A stretch of DNA of 37,070 bases from Octopus bimaculoides (Eukaryota), in the NCBI RefSeq assembly GCF_001194135.2, contig NC_069004.1, positions 28,339,310-28,376,379 on the forward strand, written 5' to 3'. The notes below the pieces were generated by a model. The model ran no database searches. It saw nothing but the letters and a program-made list of their open reading frames with translations, and had not been told where the DNA came from. Positions 1 through 11,889 of this stretch are shown piece by piece. The translations under genes were made by a program, and so were the position numbers. The first letter of the stretch is position 1, and each line of letters opens with the position of its first letter.

Positions 1-239
1 CTCCTCTTTTTTACACATAGCCTTTGTCATAGAGCCGACATTATTGAACGCGTTTGTGTATATTGTCTGTTATAAGTGTAGCTACACACAGTGCATACAC
101 TTATTTTTACAATAGTGCTGACAGAGACTTCGAAGTCACTATCAAAGAATAAAATAGTGTATATATATATATATATAGGAAAATAAAAAATAAAAATAAT
201 AATCTCCACGTGCGGTTAACACAACCCCACCATTTACTG

Positions 240-271
<32 letters not shown>

Positions 272-557
272 GCGTGTGTGTATACACATGTTTGTGTGTG
301 TGTGTGTGTATGTATAAACACACACACACACACACACATATATATATTGGTATTGCTTATCAAAGATTTTGTCGTTTCTTTTTCCTGCAATAAATGCTAC
401 GATGTCGACAACAAATTAGCTGGGGGGGTTTCCCCTTTTTTTTCTTGTCTTTGAGGTTTTGTGTTCTGCATCATTCTTTTTCTCCTTGTATGTTTACGTG
501 CGTAGTTTTCTTTTTACTTCCCTATCTACAGAGAAATGCAGTGTGTGAGTGTATGTA

Positions 558-594
<37 letters not shown>

Positions 595-1402
595 TTATTA
601 TTATTAATTGGAAATCACAGCCTCCTGTTTTTCTTTGCCTCATAACTTTCTGTATCGAATCGTCGTAAATGTCCTTTTATTTGACTTTACCCATCCTGCT
701 AAGGTTCCTCCGCACCACCTCCACTACTACTACTACAACCACCACCACAACTACTACCAACACTACGACTACAACCACCACCACCACCACCACTACTGCT
801 ACTAGTCATGGCTAACATCATCAATACGATGGCTTCTGGACACATTTGATGATGAGGTCACTAAACCTAAAAAGACGAGAAGGTCATGGCTGGAACCACG
901 TCTTTGATCATATTACATATGTCCGCTTAAACAACAAACGACTCCACCAAGCATGAGAGAAAAGAACCAACAAACAAACAAAAACATCTTCGCCCACCGT
1001 TTCATTGGTTACCATTTAGTATCGTTAACTACTATCACCCAAACACTACCGCCTGCACCGCCCCGCCACTACACCACCACCACCACCACCAACAACAACA
1101 ACTATCACTTCAATCATTTACACCGCCGCCGCCGCCGCCACTATGCCATTCCNNNNNNNNNNNNNNNNNNNNNNNNNNNNNNNNNNNNNNNNNNNNNNNN
1201 NNNNNNNNNNNNCCATTCCACTACCCCCTCCCCATTATTACCGTTGCTACCCAAAATATCCGATCTTCCGATGTTATTGAGAGAAAGCCAGTCACTGATT
1301 AAATAAAAGATATTGGCTTTATTATTATATTCATAACCAAGGAAGTTATTTATGTATTATGATTATTATTATCATTGTTGTTGTTGTTGTTGTTGTTGCT
1401 AA

Positions 1403-1615
1403 GGTGGCGAGCTGGCAGAATCGTTAGCACGCCGGGCGGAATGCTTAACGGCATTTCGTCCGTCCTTACGTTCTGAGTTCAAATTCCACCGAGGTCGACT
1501 TTGCCCTTCAACCTTTCGGGGTCAATAATATTATAAGTACCAGTTGAATACTGCAATCGACTTACTCCTTCCCACGAAATTGCTGTCCTTGTGCCAAAAT
1601 TTGAAACATTATTAT
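1403..1615 (+). mobile_element. tRNA-derived SINE family A
   Basis: ggcgagctggcagaatcgttagc head, gagttcaaattcc B-box, gtcgactttgcc..ttcggggtc core and (ATT)n tail; multi-copy in the window. Confidence 0.85.
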
Positions 1616-1624
1616 TTTCATTTA

Positions 1625-1817
1625 CGCACATCAGATTAGACTGTTGGGACAAAATATATTCCTAACATCGGGTTACAACAAGTAACCTCAGATGCCAAGA
1701 ACCTTCCTAAGTATCCTGGTTGTCCCTAATAATAGTTTTCTGGAGCTTTACTAAACTAGGCTTTATGCCTATTTCCTCTAGCCATCTGTTCAATTCTTTA
1801 GGAATGGTTCCTAATGC
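1625..1817 (-). mobile_element. 3' fragment of an R4/Dong-like (RLE-type) non-LTR retrotransposon
   Basis: Minus translation ALGTIPKELNRWLEEIGIKPSLVKLQKT/LLGTTRILRKVLGI* (one frameshift; stop at 1690-1688) resembles the GALG...LQK.ALLGT.RILRKVL C-terminus of R4-clade ORFs, recognised from memory. Confidence 0.7.
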
Positions 1818-1851
<34 letters not shown>

Positions 1852-1856
1852 ACTAT

Positions 1857-2087
1857 TTGGCACAATCGTTAGCACACCGGGCAGAATGTTTGGCGGTATT
1901 TCGTCTGTCTTTACGTTCTGAGTTCAAATTCCGCCGAGGTCGACTTTGCCTTTCATCCTTTCGGGGGTCGATAAATTAAGTACCAGTGAAACACTGAGGT
2001 CGATGTAATCCACTAGTTCCCAACCCCCAAAATTTCAGGCCTCGTGACTTTTTAGTATAAAGGATTATTATTATTATTATTATTATT
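1857..2087 (+). mobile_element. SINE family A, alternative 3' end
   Basis: Same head and core; ends aatttcaggcctcgtg...aagg(ATT)n. Confidence 0.85.
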
Positions 2088-2170
2088 GTCGTGCATTTTT
2101 GTAGTTTTTTTGTCTTATTTTTGTATGTGCCTCCCCATCCATCCACTTTACTAACCAATTTAGACAACAT

Positions 2171-2207
<37 letters not shown>

Positions 2208-3363
2208 NNNNNNNNNNNNNNNNNNNNNNNNNNNNNNNNNNNNNNNNNNNNNNNNNNNNNNNNNNNNNNNNNNNNNNNNNNNNNNNNNNNNNNNNNNNNN
2301 NNNNNNNNNNNNNNNNNNNNNNNNNNNNNNNNNNNNNNNNNNNNNNNNNNNNNNNNNNNNNNNNNNNNNNNNNNNNNNNNNNNNNNNNNNNNNNNNNNNN
2401 NNNNNNNNNNNNNNNNNNNNNNNNNNNNNNNNNNNNNNNNNNNNNNNNNNNNNNNNNNNNNNNNNNNNNNNNNNNNNNNNNNNNNNNNNNNNNNNNNNNN
2501 NNNNNNNNNNNNNNNNNNNNNNNNNNNNNNNNNNNNNNNNNNNNNNNNNNNNNNNNNNNNNNNNNNNNACTTCTCTCTCTCCCGCTCTCTTTCCTTCCAA
2601 ACCTTCTTCATCTTCACCACACCACCCTTACCCCCTACACTGCAAATTCGCTTTCCTCCACCATGTCTTCCCCCCTTCATTTTCGCAGGCCCCTTCTATT
2701 TTTAATTATAAGATTCAGTATATCAGATCAGAAAAGACTGTCTTTGGCAAGGGCTTGATTTTATTCAAATTTCTTTCTTTTTTTTTTTTTCCTACTTTCA
2801 CTTTCTGTTTCTGTAAAATCATCATCATTATTTATTCGTTCATTTATTTATTTCCTGTGTTATTAAGATTCAGAAGACATCCATATTTTGACCGCAGTCA
2901 TTTCCTGCGCCGTGTTATTATGATATCACCCAAAGTATAATATTTCAGCTCTCTCTCTCTCTCTCGATATATCCATCCGTCTGTCTATCGATCTATCTCC
3001 GTATCTTGTCTCCCAATGTTATTGCAATATTCCAAGCATCTTCTACAGAAATGTGGAAATGGTTCACCACGCCCCTTGTAAAGCTGTTGGTTGACAAGAA
3101 TAAGGCCACCAACTTGTAGTAATCTTAATGATAGACCAACACATCATCATCATAATCATGCAGATTGTTATCTTTTGGAAAAACTCGAGTATTACCATGG
3201 TACTACTTACATATCTGTAATTCATAAACACCTGTAGAAATTTTCCAACTGGATAGACCAAGAACTGTGGATAGATAATTACTGGATAGACCAACAGCTG
3301 TCAATAGATGCCTATTGGATAGATCAACATCTGTAGGTAGACCAACACTCGTAGATAGATGCC

Positions 3364-3480
3364 TAGCACTTATTCTATCGGACTCTTTTGCCGAACCGCT
3401 AAGTTACGTGGACGTAAACACACCACCACCGGTTGTCAAGTGATGCTGGGGGGGGGATAAACACAGACACACAAACATAA

Positions 3481-3519
<39 letters not shown>

Positions 3520-3672
3520 CACACGACAGGCTTCTTTCAGTTTCCGTCTACCAAATCTACTCACAAGGCTTTGGTCGGCCCGAGGCTATAGTAGAAGACA
3601 CTTGCCCAAGGTGCCACGCAGTAGGAATGAACCCGGAACCATGTAGTTGGTAAGCAAGCTACTTACCACACA
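3364..3672 (-). mobile_element. SINE family B
   Basis: Reverse complement of the family B head and 3' module with internal (CA)n(TA)n. Confidence 0.85.
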
Positions 3673-3788
3673 CCCACTCTTTTCTTTTTCTTGGTACCTT
3701 TTTTATTCCAATTATGTCCCCTCTTTTGCATTACATCCTCGTATTGTTTTAGACCTTCCTGACCGACAGAAACCTTCATCATCATCAT

Positions 3789-3990
3789 GGCGGTGGATTG
3801 ACAGAATCGTTAGCACACCGGATAAAATGCTGAGTAGCGTTTCTTCCGACTTTACGTTCTGAGTTCAAATGCCGTCGAGGTCAATGAGTCAATTTGTCTT
3901 TCATTCTTTCGGATCGATAGAATAAGTACCAGTTGATCCCCAGGGGTCGATGTAATCGACTTAACCCCTCCCCGCAATTACTGGCTTGTT
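3789..3990 (+). mobile_element. SINE family A; a further decayed fragment follows at ~4035-4190
   Basis: Head, B-box and core similarity to the 1403 copy. Confidence 0.75.
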
Positions 3991-4539
3991 TACAGATGCA
4001 ACAGCAGGGCAGTGAATTAACAGCGTTTGCTTTGCAGTATTTCTTTAGACGCTTTACTTCCTGGATTCAAGTCTCGCTGGGGTTAGCTTCGCTTTTCATC
4101 CTTCCGAGGTCGATAAAAGAAAGTACCAGTCAAGTACCGCAAATCGATGGTATCAGCTATTCTCTTCCTCTCAAAATCGATGGCCCTCTGTAATCGTTAG
4201 CACATCGAACAAAAGGCTTTTCTGCATTTCCGTTTCATCTAAGATCGATAATTGATTGGGGTGGATTTAATTGAGTGATGCCTCTCCACTCCAACTGTTG
4301 TCATTGCGTTGTAATTTTGATAAAATAACCAACGTAGTGGTTCAGCAAGAGATATCAATAGAATGAGTAGCAGACTTAAAATAGAAATAAGTACTGGAAT
4401 CGATTCGTTAGACTAAAGTTTCTCCAAGTAAAAGAGAACAAAATCATTCAAATCCTGGGACCGATTTCACATGGGTCCCTTGCATATGTTTAAAAAAAAA
4501 CAATTTCATTACTCACCGTCGTCACCATCAACATCTTCA

Positions 4540-4846
4540 TCATTTACCACCACCACCATTGCTAAGACCACGACTACTACCATCATCACTATCACTACTA
4601 CCACCAACACTACTACTACTACCATCACCACTACCACCACTACTACTATTACCACCACCACTACTACTACTACTACAATCACCACCACCACCACCACTAC
4701 TAGTACCTTCACCACCACCACTACTAGTACCTTCACCACCACTACTACTACAATCATCACAATCACTATTACCACCACCACCACTACTACTACCATCATC
4801 ACTCACTATTACCACCAACACTACTACTACTACTATTACCACCACC

Positions 4847-4878
<32 letters not shown>

Positions 4879-5000
4879 CACCATTACCACCACTACTATT
4901 ACTACCACCACCACCACCACCACCACCACTACTACAACTACTACCCCAATCATCGTAATCGTCATTATCGTCGCTGCCACTGTATTTCTCGTCCCCCCTC
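4540..5000. repeat. Compound (ACC)n/(ACT)n trinucleotide repeat; similar tracts at 715-805 and 1065-1145
   Basis: Directly visible; explains the poly-T/H/V ORFs. Confidence 0.95.
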
Positions 5001-5708
5001 NNNNNNNNNNNNNNNNNNNNNNNNNNNNNNNNNNNNNNNNNNNNNNNNNNNNNNNNNNNNNNNNNNNNNNNNNNNNNNNNNNNNNNNNNNNNNNNNNNNN
5101 NNNNNNNNNNNNNNNNNNNNNNNNNNNNNNNNNNNNNNNNNNNNNNNNNNNNNNNNNNNNNNNNNNNNNNNNNNNNNNNNNNNNNNNNNNNNNNNNNNNN
5201 NNNNNNNNNNNNNNNNNNNNNNNNNNNNNNNNNNNNNNNNNNNNNNNNNNNNNNNNNNNNNNNNNNNNNNNNNNNNNNNNNNNNNNNNNNNNNNNNNNNN
5301 NNNNNNNNNNNNNNNNNNNNNNNNNNNNNNNNNNNNNNNNNNNNNNNNNNNNNNNNNNNNNNNNNNNNNNNNNNNNNNNNNNNNNNNNNNNNNNNNNNNN
5401 NNNNNNNNNNNNNNNNNNNNNNNNNNNNNNNNNNNNNNNNNNNNNNNNNNNNNNNNNNNNNNNNNNNNNNNNNNNNNNNNNNNNNNNNNNNNNNNNNNNN
5501 NNNNNNNNNNNNNNNNNNNNNNNNNNNNNNNNNNNNNNNNNNNNNNNNNNNNNNNNNNNNNNNNNNNNNNNNNNNNNNNNNNNNNNNNNNNNNNNNNNNN
5601 NNNNNNNNNNNNNTTTTTTTTTCTTCTTCTCCCCGTGGTCTGATAACGTCACCGATATTACGTACACCCCGCTGAACTTTGACAAACTTGGTATTATCCG
5701 ATAGTTAA

Positions 5709-5711
<3 letters not shown>

Positions 5712-5748
<37 letters not shown>

Positions 5749-6230
5749 TATTTTATATGGTTGTGTACACATACACTCATACATACATGCATACATACAC
5801 ATTCATTCACACACAGACACATTTCATATGCTCGTGTACACATACATACATACATACATACACACACAGACATACGCATTCATTCACATACAGACATACA
5901 TTTTATATGCTTGTGCACACATACACATTTACACACACACAAACACGGACACACATTCATTCACACACATACATACATACACACACACACACACCTTCAT
6001 TCACACACGCAGACATACATTTTATGCTCAAGCACGTACGCATATGACCGCCTAATACAAACATATTCTCAGACCAAATAAGGCACATGCATATAACACA
6101 CACACACTCACATACAGATGCACACACACACACACACACGCACGCACTCATACACGTGCGCACTCATACACGCACACACAAACATACAGATGCGCGCGCA
6201 CACGCTCTTAATCACATGCGCGCGTATCTC
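5712..6230. repeat. Degenerate (CA)n/(CATA)n low-complexity tract
   Basis: Directly visible. Confidence 0.95.
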
Positions 6231-6553
6231 TGTGCGATAATGTCATTAGTGTATGGTTGATAACAAACGATAAACAACCAAACAGCAGCTGATGTCGTTG
6301 CATGGTTAGAATAATGCAGATATGTAAATTTGTCTTCCTGTTCCAAAGAACTTGTTGTAAGCCCGTTGTTTCAAACGTCTTGTGTTGGTGTTTGCATTGT
6401 GTGTGTGTTTGTGTGTTTATAGCTATATTTATGTGTTTTTGATCACATACGGATTAGAGTATGTTTGTATTACGTGGGTATACGCATGTGTGTACAAATA
6501 CACACACACACAAACACACAGAGCTCCAGCATAACTGCAGTGCAATGACTGAA

Positions 6554-6599
<46 letters not shown>

Positions 6600-7732
6600 A
6601 TATATAATCAACACTCCAGGAAGGAGAATGGAGAATAATATATCTTCCTTTACGTTATATATATATATATAAATATATACAAATATATATATAAATATAT
6701 ACATACATATATAAATATATACAAATATAAATATATACAAATATATACATACATATATATNNNNNNNNNNNNNNNNNNNNNNNNNNNNNNNNNNNNNNNN
6801 NNNNNNNNNNNNNNNNNNNNNNNNNNNNNNNNNNNNNNNNNNNNNNNNNNNNNNNNNNNNNNNNNNNNNNNNNNNNNNNNNNNNNNNNNNNNNNNNNNNN
6901 NNNNNNNNNNNNNNNNNNNNNNNNNNNNNNNNNNNNNNNNNNNNNNNNNNNNNNNNNNNNNNNNNNNNNNNNNNNNNNNNNNNNNNNNNNNNNNNNNNNN
7001 NNNNNNNNNNNNNNNNNNNNNNNNNNNNNNNNNNNNNNNNNNNNNNNNNNNNNNNNNNNNNNNNNNNNNNNNNNNNNNNNNNNNNNNNNNNNNNNNNNNN
7101 NNNNNNNNNNNNNNNNNNNNNNNNNNNNNNNNNNNNNNNNNNNNNNNNNNNNNNNNNNNNNNNNNNNNNNNNNNNNNNNNNNNNNNNNNNNNNNNNNNNN
7201 NNNNNNNNNNNNNNNNNNNNNNNNNNNNNNNNNNNNNNNNNNNNNNNNNNNNNNNNNNNNNNNNNNNNNNNNNNNNNNNNNNNNNNNNNNNNNNNNNNNN
7301 NNNNNNNNNNNNNNNNNNNNNNNNNNNNNNNNNNNNNNNNNNNNNNNNNNNNNNNNNNNNNNNNNNNNNNNNNNNNNNNNNNNNNNNNNNNNNNNNNNNN
7401 NNNNNNNNNNNNNNNNNNNNNNNNNNNNNNNNNNNNNNNNNNNNNNNNNNNNNNNNNNNNNNNNNNNNNNNNNNNNNNNNNNNNNNNNNNNNNNNNNNNN
7501 NNNNNNNNNNNNNNNNNNNNNNNNNNNNNNNNNNNNNNNNNNNNNNNNNNNNNNNNNNNNNNNNNNNNNNNNNNNNNNNNNNNNNNNNNNNNNNNNNNNN
7601 NNNNNNNNNNNNNNNNNNNNNNNNNNNNNNNNNNNNNNNNNNNNNNNNNNNNNNNNNNNNNNNNNNNNNNNNNNNNNNNNNNNNNNNNNNNNNNNNNNNN
7701 NNNNNNNNNNNNNNNNNNNNNNNNNNNNNNNN

Positions 7733-8041
7733 CATAGGATCGTGGTTTCGATTCCCAGACCAGGCGTTGTGAGTGTCTATTGAGCGAAAACACCTAAAGC
7801 TCCACGAGGCTCGGGCAGGGGATGGTGGCGAACCCTGCTGTACTCTTTCACCACAACTTTCTGTTGTGCCTGTAATTCAAAGGGTCAGCCTTGTCACACT
7901 GTCACGCTGAATATCCCCGAGAACTACGTGTCTGTGGAGTGCTCAGCCACTTGCACGTTAATTTCACGAGCAGGCCGTTCCGTTGATCGGATCAATTGGA
8001 ACCCTCGACGTCGTAAGCGACGGAGTGCCAACAACAACAAC
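7733..8041 (+). mobile_element. SINE family C1 (5' end in gap, internal deletions)
   Basis: Near-identical to 34127-34513; ends ggagtgcc(aac)n. Confidence 0.9.
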
Positions 8042-8400
8042 ATTCTTGGGAGTCTTCAGGTGCCACCTCCACAGGATCCTATCAAAAGACACTATCAGAC
8101 TTGCCGGCTGGATTCCCAAGCAAGACTAGCTGATACAATGGGTATTATCCAACCGTTTTATTTTCAATCTACCCTTGAGCCATCTACTGGTCAGCTGGCC
8201 TTGAAGAATCTCTGTTGCGACTCTTTCTTGTGGTGTTCTAATCACGTAGCTGTAAGACCAGAGCTATGACCTCTCAATGCGTAGAAGTAGCGACTCAATA
8301 TGAAGAGACTGAGCTTGCGCACCCTGTCGAGTAATGTTACTTTCAAAGACCGTTCGGAGGAACACTCTTTTGGCCGCCTGTATTTGCGGTTGTTCTACTC
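8042..8400 (-). mobile_element. Degenerate RTE-clade LINE ORF2 3' fragment
   Basis: Minus translation IQAAKRVFLRTVF...LHIESLLLRIERS*LWSYSYVIRTPQERVATEILQGQLTSRWLKGRLKIKRLD matches the RTE pattern IQAAEMxFLR...LRW.GHV.RM..ER....GKRPRGRP..RWLD. Contains an in-frame stop. Confidence 0.82.
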
Positions 8401-8520
8401 TTCTGATCAGTACTAAATATTCGAGGACAACATCCTAAATTCGTTTATCTTGTAACTTATTTCAGCTATGGGATTTGCACCCATGTGAAAATACTGCTAC
8501 GAAGGGTTAAGTCGAAAAAA

Positions 8521-8838
8521 AGTCAATCCCAGTACTTCTTAAATTTTTTAAATATTTAAACCTGCTACTTATATCGGTGTCTTTGGCCGAACCGTTAAGT
8601 TACGAGGACATAAATAAACCAACACTGGTTGGTAGGGGACAAGCACAAAGACACACACACACACACATAGGCATACACAAAGACTCTCTCACACACACAC
8701 ACACACACATAAGACGGGCTTCCACACAATTTCCGTCCACCAAATCCACTCACGAGGCCAGGCTAGAAGACAACTGCTGAAAGATTGCACCCCCAATGAA
8801 GTGGATCAGAAGCAAACTTCTTACCACACCGCCACGCC
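8521..8838 (-). mobile_element. SINE family B, decayed
   Basis: Reverse complement of family B with internal (CA)n. Confidence 0.75.
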
Positions 8839-9795
8839 TTCGCCTGTATTTTACCCTTACAGTGTTTGGGGTGTCTCTCCAAGGCTAATAAATACGATAG
8901 AAAGCTTTTATTAAAACGTGCGTCACTACTCAGCAGGATTGAACCTGGCTCCTTCATGGATTGATTGCCAAGTAAAACTTCTCAACTAACAGACTTCGTC
9001 GGCTATAAAATAAAAGCAGCAAATTTGTTTAAAAAATTGCGAAGTTACGAGGTTTATTGTTCGCAAGAAAGAAGCCTGTATTTGATTGGTTGTTGCTAAA
9101 CAGGTGGAAATCGTGTGACACTCGCTGAGAGTCTGTGGAAATGACATTTCTACGTTTGCTGCTGTTGCTACAGGGAATAATTCCAATATTCCACAGTTTT
9201 AGCAATACATCATTTTTTTTTTTTTTCAATTATGTGAGCTTCATTATTGCAAAAAGAGATAAACAGACACACACACACACATAATCACATATATATGCGC
9301 ACAGATAGATAGATATATGTATGTATATAAATGTTTGTGTATGTATATATATGTAAAAAAACAAACAAAAAAAACCTCGCCCTTTCAAAGCCTAGCCAGG
9401 CTCATGGCATACTGAGGTGACAAGTGCTTTGAAATAATAATAATCTTAAGTTAACACACACGCACACATAATTACTTTCATCCACCCTTGTATATCGTGA
9501 AGTAACCATGTATCTCCTCTACAGCAAGAAACCTGTTTCTGTCCCTTCTGTCATACGTTAACTTTTCAGCACTTAATATAGAGTCACATCCTTGTCTACT
9601 CTTACTACTACTACTACTACACCTCCTTTCAGTTGAGAAGGCATTTCAGTTTTGCGAGCTACAGAACGACCTCACGGTGCTAAGGCCATGGGAAAAATGC
9701 ATTCCGTACACTATGTATAGCGACTGGCGTTTGGAAGGGCATCTAAGCAGTGGAAATCATGCCAAAGTAGACACTGGAGCACAACACAGCTCTCC

Positions 9796-10028
9796 GAAGT
9801 AGTTGTATACTGTCAACTTAATGCGACAGTCCCCTGAAGGGAATAATACTGTTCGTTAGACCTAGGAAGCTGCGCCGCTTCCTGTCGGCCTTGACACATT
9901 TCCTGTGTCCTTATGTTTCAAGTGTGTCAAGGCCGACAGGAAGCGGTGCAGCTTCCTAGGTCTAACCAACAGTAGTATTATTCCCTTCATGGGACCGTCA
10001 CATTAAGTTGACAGCATCCAACTACTTC
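9796..10028. repeat. Long foldback palindrome (~103-bp arms, 24-nt loop)
   Basis: Arm 9796-9898 is the near-perfect reverse complement of 9923-10028, e.g. ttagacctaggaagctgcgccgcttcctgtcggccttgacaca vs tgtgtcaaggccgacaggaagcggtgcagcttcctaggtctaa. Confidence 0.92.
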
Positions 10029-10146
10029 ATCGTATCACTACTGCGTAAATCTCTCTGAGAGATTTAGAAATGTATTATTTCTAAACAGCTCTCCAACTCG
10101 TCGAATCTTGTCAAACCCATGCCAACATGAAAAATACATGCTACAT

Positions 10147-10359
10147 GGCTGCAAGCTGACAGAATCGTTAGCATGCTGGACGAAATACTTGGCGGTGTTT
10201 CGCCCGTCGCTCTGTTCTGAGTTCAAATCCCACCAAGGTCGACTTTTGCCTTTCATCCTTTTGGAGTCGATAAAAATATGTACCCGTTGAACACTAGGGT
10301 CGATGTAATCGACTCATCCCCTCCTCCAAAACTGCTGCCCTTGTGGCAAAATTTGAAGC

Positions 10360-10397
<38 letters not shown>
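10147..10397 (+). mobile_element. SINE family A directly upstream of the FUT8 exon
   Basis: Full head, core and (ATT)n tail ending about 38 nt before the acceptor. Confidence 0.85.
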
Positions 10398-10400
<3 letters not shown>

Positions 10401-10435
10401 GTTTTTTATTTATTTGTTTGTTCATTTATTTTCAG

Positions 10436-10673
10436 AACCCCCGCAATTGCAAAACTGCTAAGAAGTTAGTCTGCAACTTGAGCAAAGGTTGTGGTTATGG
10501 ATGCCAATTACATCACGTGACCTACTGTCTAATCGTGGCCTACGCAACCAAGCGAACGTTGGTGCTGGAATCGAAAGGTTGGCGCTACGCCACACGCGGC
10601 TGGGAGACTGTCTTCCAACCTGTTAGTGATAGCTGCACAGATCGTATTGGAAACTCCATCCGAACTTGGGGAC
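10436..10673 (+). CDS. FUT8: Alpha-(1,6)-fucosyltransferase internal exon (238 bp, phase 0 to 1)
   Basis: ttttcag acceptor and C|gtgagt donor. Translates [79 protein letters not shown], matching the FUT8 NPxxCxxAKKLVC...[11 protein letters not shown]...WRY..GWETVF.PVS..CTDR segment. Confidence 0.97.
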
Positions 10674-10754
10674 GTGAGTACCTTCATGATACTTTGTTAT
10701 TATTGCTGTTGTTGTTGTTGTTGTTCTGGTTAATATTATTATGACGGTTTAAGA

Positions 10755-10970
10755 GCGGTGGGCTGGCAGAATTGTTACCACACTGGTCAAAATGCTTAAC
10801 AGCATTTCATTCGTCTTTACGTTCTGAATTCAATTCCACCAAGGTCAACTTTGCCTTTCATCCTTCGGGGTCGATAAAAATAACACTTGAGCATTGGGGT
10901 CTATGTAGTCGACTTACCCCCTCTCCCTGGATTTTCTGGCCTTGTGCCAAAATTCGAAATCGATATTATT
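10755..10970 (+). mobile_element. SINE family A directly downstream of the FUT8 exon
   Basis: Head, core and gtgccaaaattcgaaa end. Confidence 0.85.
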
Positions 10971-10996
10971 ACGACAGTCTTCAGGGATCTCTCAGA

Positions 10997-11060
10997 CGAC
11001 TTTGGGCCAACCAAAGCCTTGTGTGTGGATTTGGTAGATAGAAAACTGGAAAAAGCCCGT

Positions 11061-11127
<67 letters not shown>

Positions 11128-11380
11128 TTACTTGGAAATGGATGCGTGGCGTTCAATTAATAATGTGTGTGTGTGTATTTGTGTGTCTGTGTTTGTCCCC
11201 CACCACCATCGCTTGACGACTGATGTTGGTGTGTTTACGTCCCTGTAACTTAGCGGTTCGGCAAAAGAGTCTGATAGAATAAGTACTAGGCTTACAAAGA
11301 ACAAGTCCTGGGGTCGATTTGTTCGACTAAAAGGCGGTGCTCCAGCATGGCCACAGTCAAATGACTGAAACGGATAAAAG
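10997..11380 (+). mobile_element. SINE family B, 5' truncated, with long internal (TA)n
   Basis: ccaaagccttgtg.gtggatttggtaga, then (TA)n/(TG)n, then the 3' module. Confidence 0.85.
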
Positions 11381-11616
11381 ATTTTAAAAATACAGCAGAG
11401 AGGTCTCGTTAAATAAAATACAGATCAAAAGGGGGTCTGTAGGTAAAAAGAAAAAGATATTTGAGAACCAGTGCTACATAAAGACAATTGACTTGCTAGA
11501 AATAACAATGAAGTTCTTTCAAATTACATTCCATTTGGAAGGAAAGAACATCAGCTCACAGTGATGGAAGTGTCTTAAAGCGTCTACTCTCCCTCTTTAC
11601 CAACATTGGCCTAATG

Positions 11617-11889
11617 CAGGGGTTTTCAAACTTTTTGACTTGCGGAACCCTTTATATTTCAGGCTTTACCTTAGGGACCCCCTTATAAACGCTTATGAAA
11701 TTTATACATAAATATTTGCTTAAAATAACATATTTTTACATTTATTTATTTAACAGTATTTAACAAATAGGTTTATTGTCAATTAAAAGATTTCGATTAA
11801 AAAACATATATAAAATCAAATTGCCCATAAAAAGTATTTGCTGTCCACGGACCCCCTGTGGTCCGCAGACCACAGTTTGAAAACCCCTG
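11617..11889. mobile_element. hAT-type MITE (273 bp)
   Basis: 16-bp perfect TIR CAGGGGTTTTCAAACT / AGTTTGAAAACCCCTG; identical 8-bp TSD GCCTAATG at 11609-11616 and 11890-11897. Confidence 0.93.

Noticed and set aside
4471-5802. Long poly-Thr/His/Val/Ser-Gly ORFs that look mucin-like
   Set aside because: They are translations of (ACC)/(ACT) microsatellite plus N runs, with no splice or domain support.
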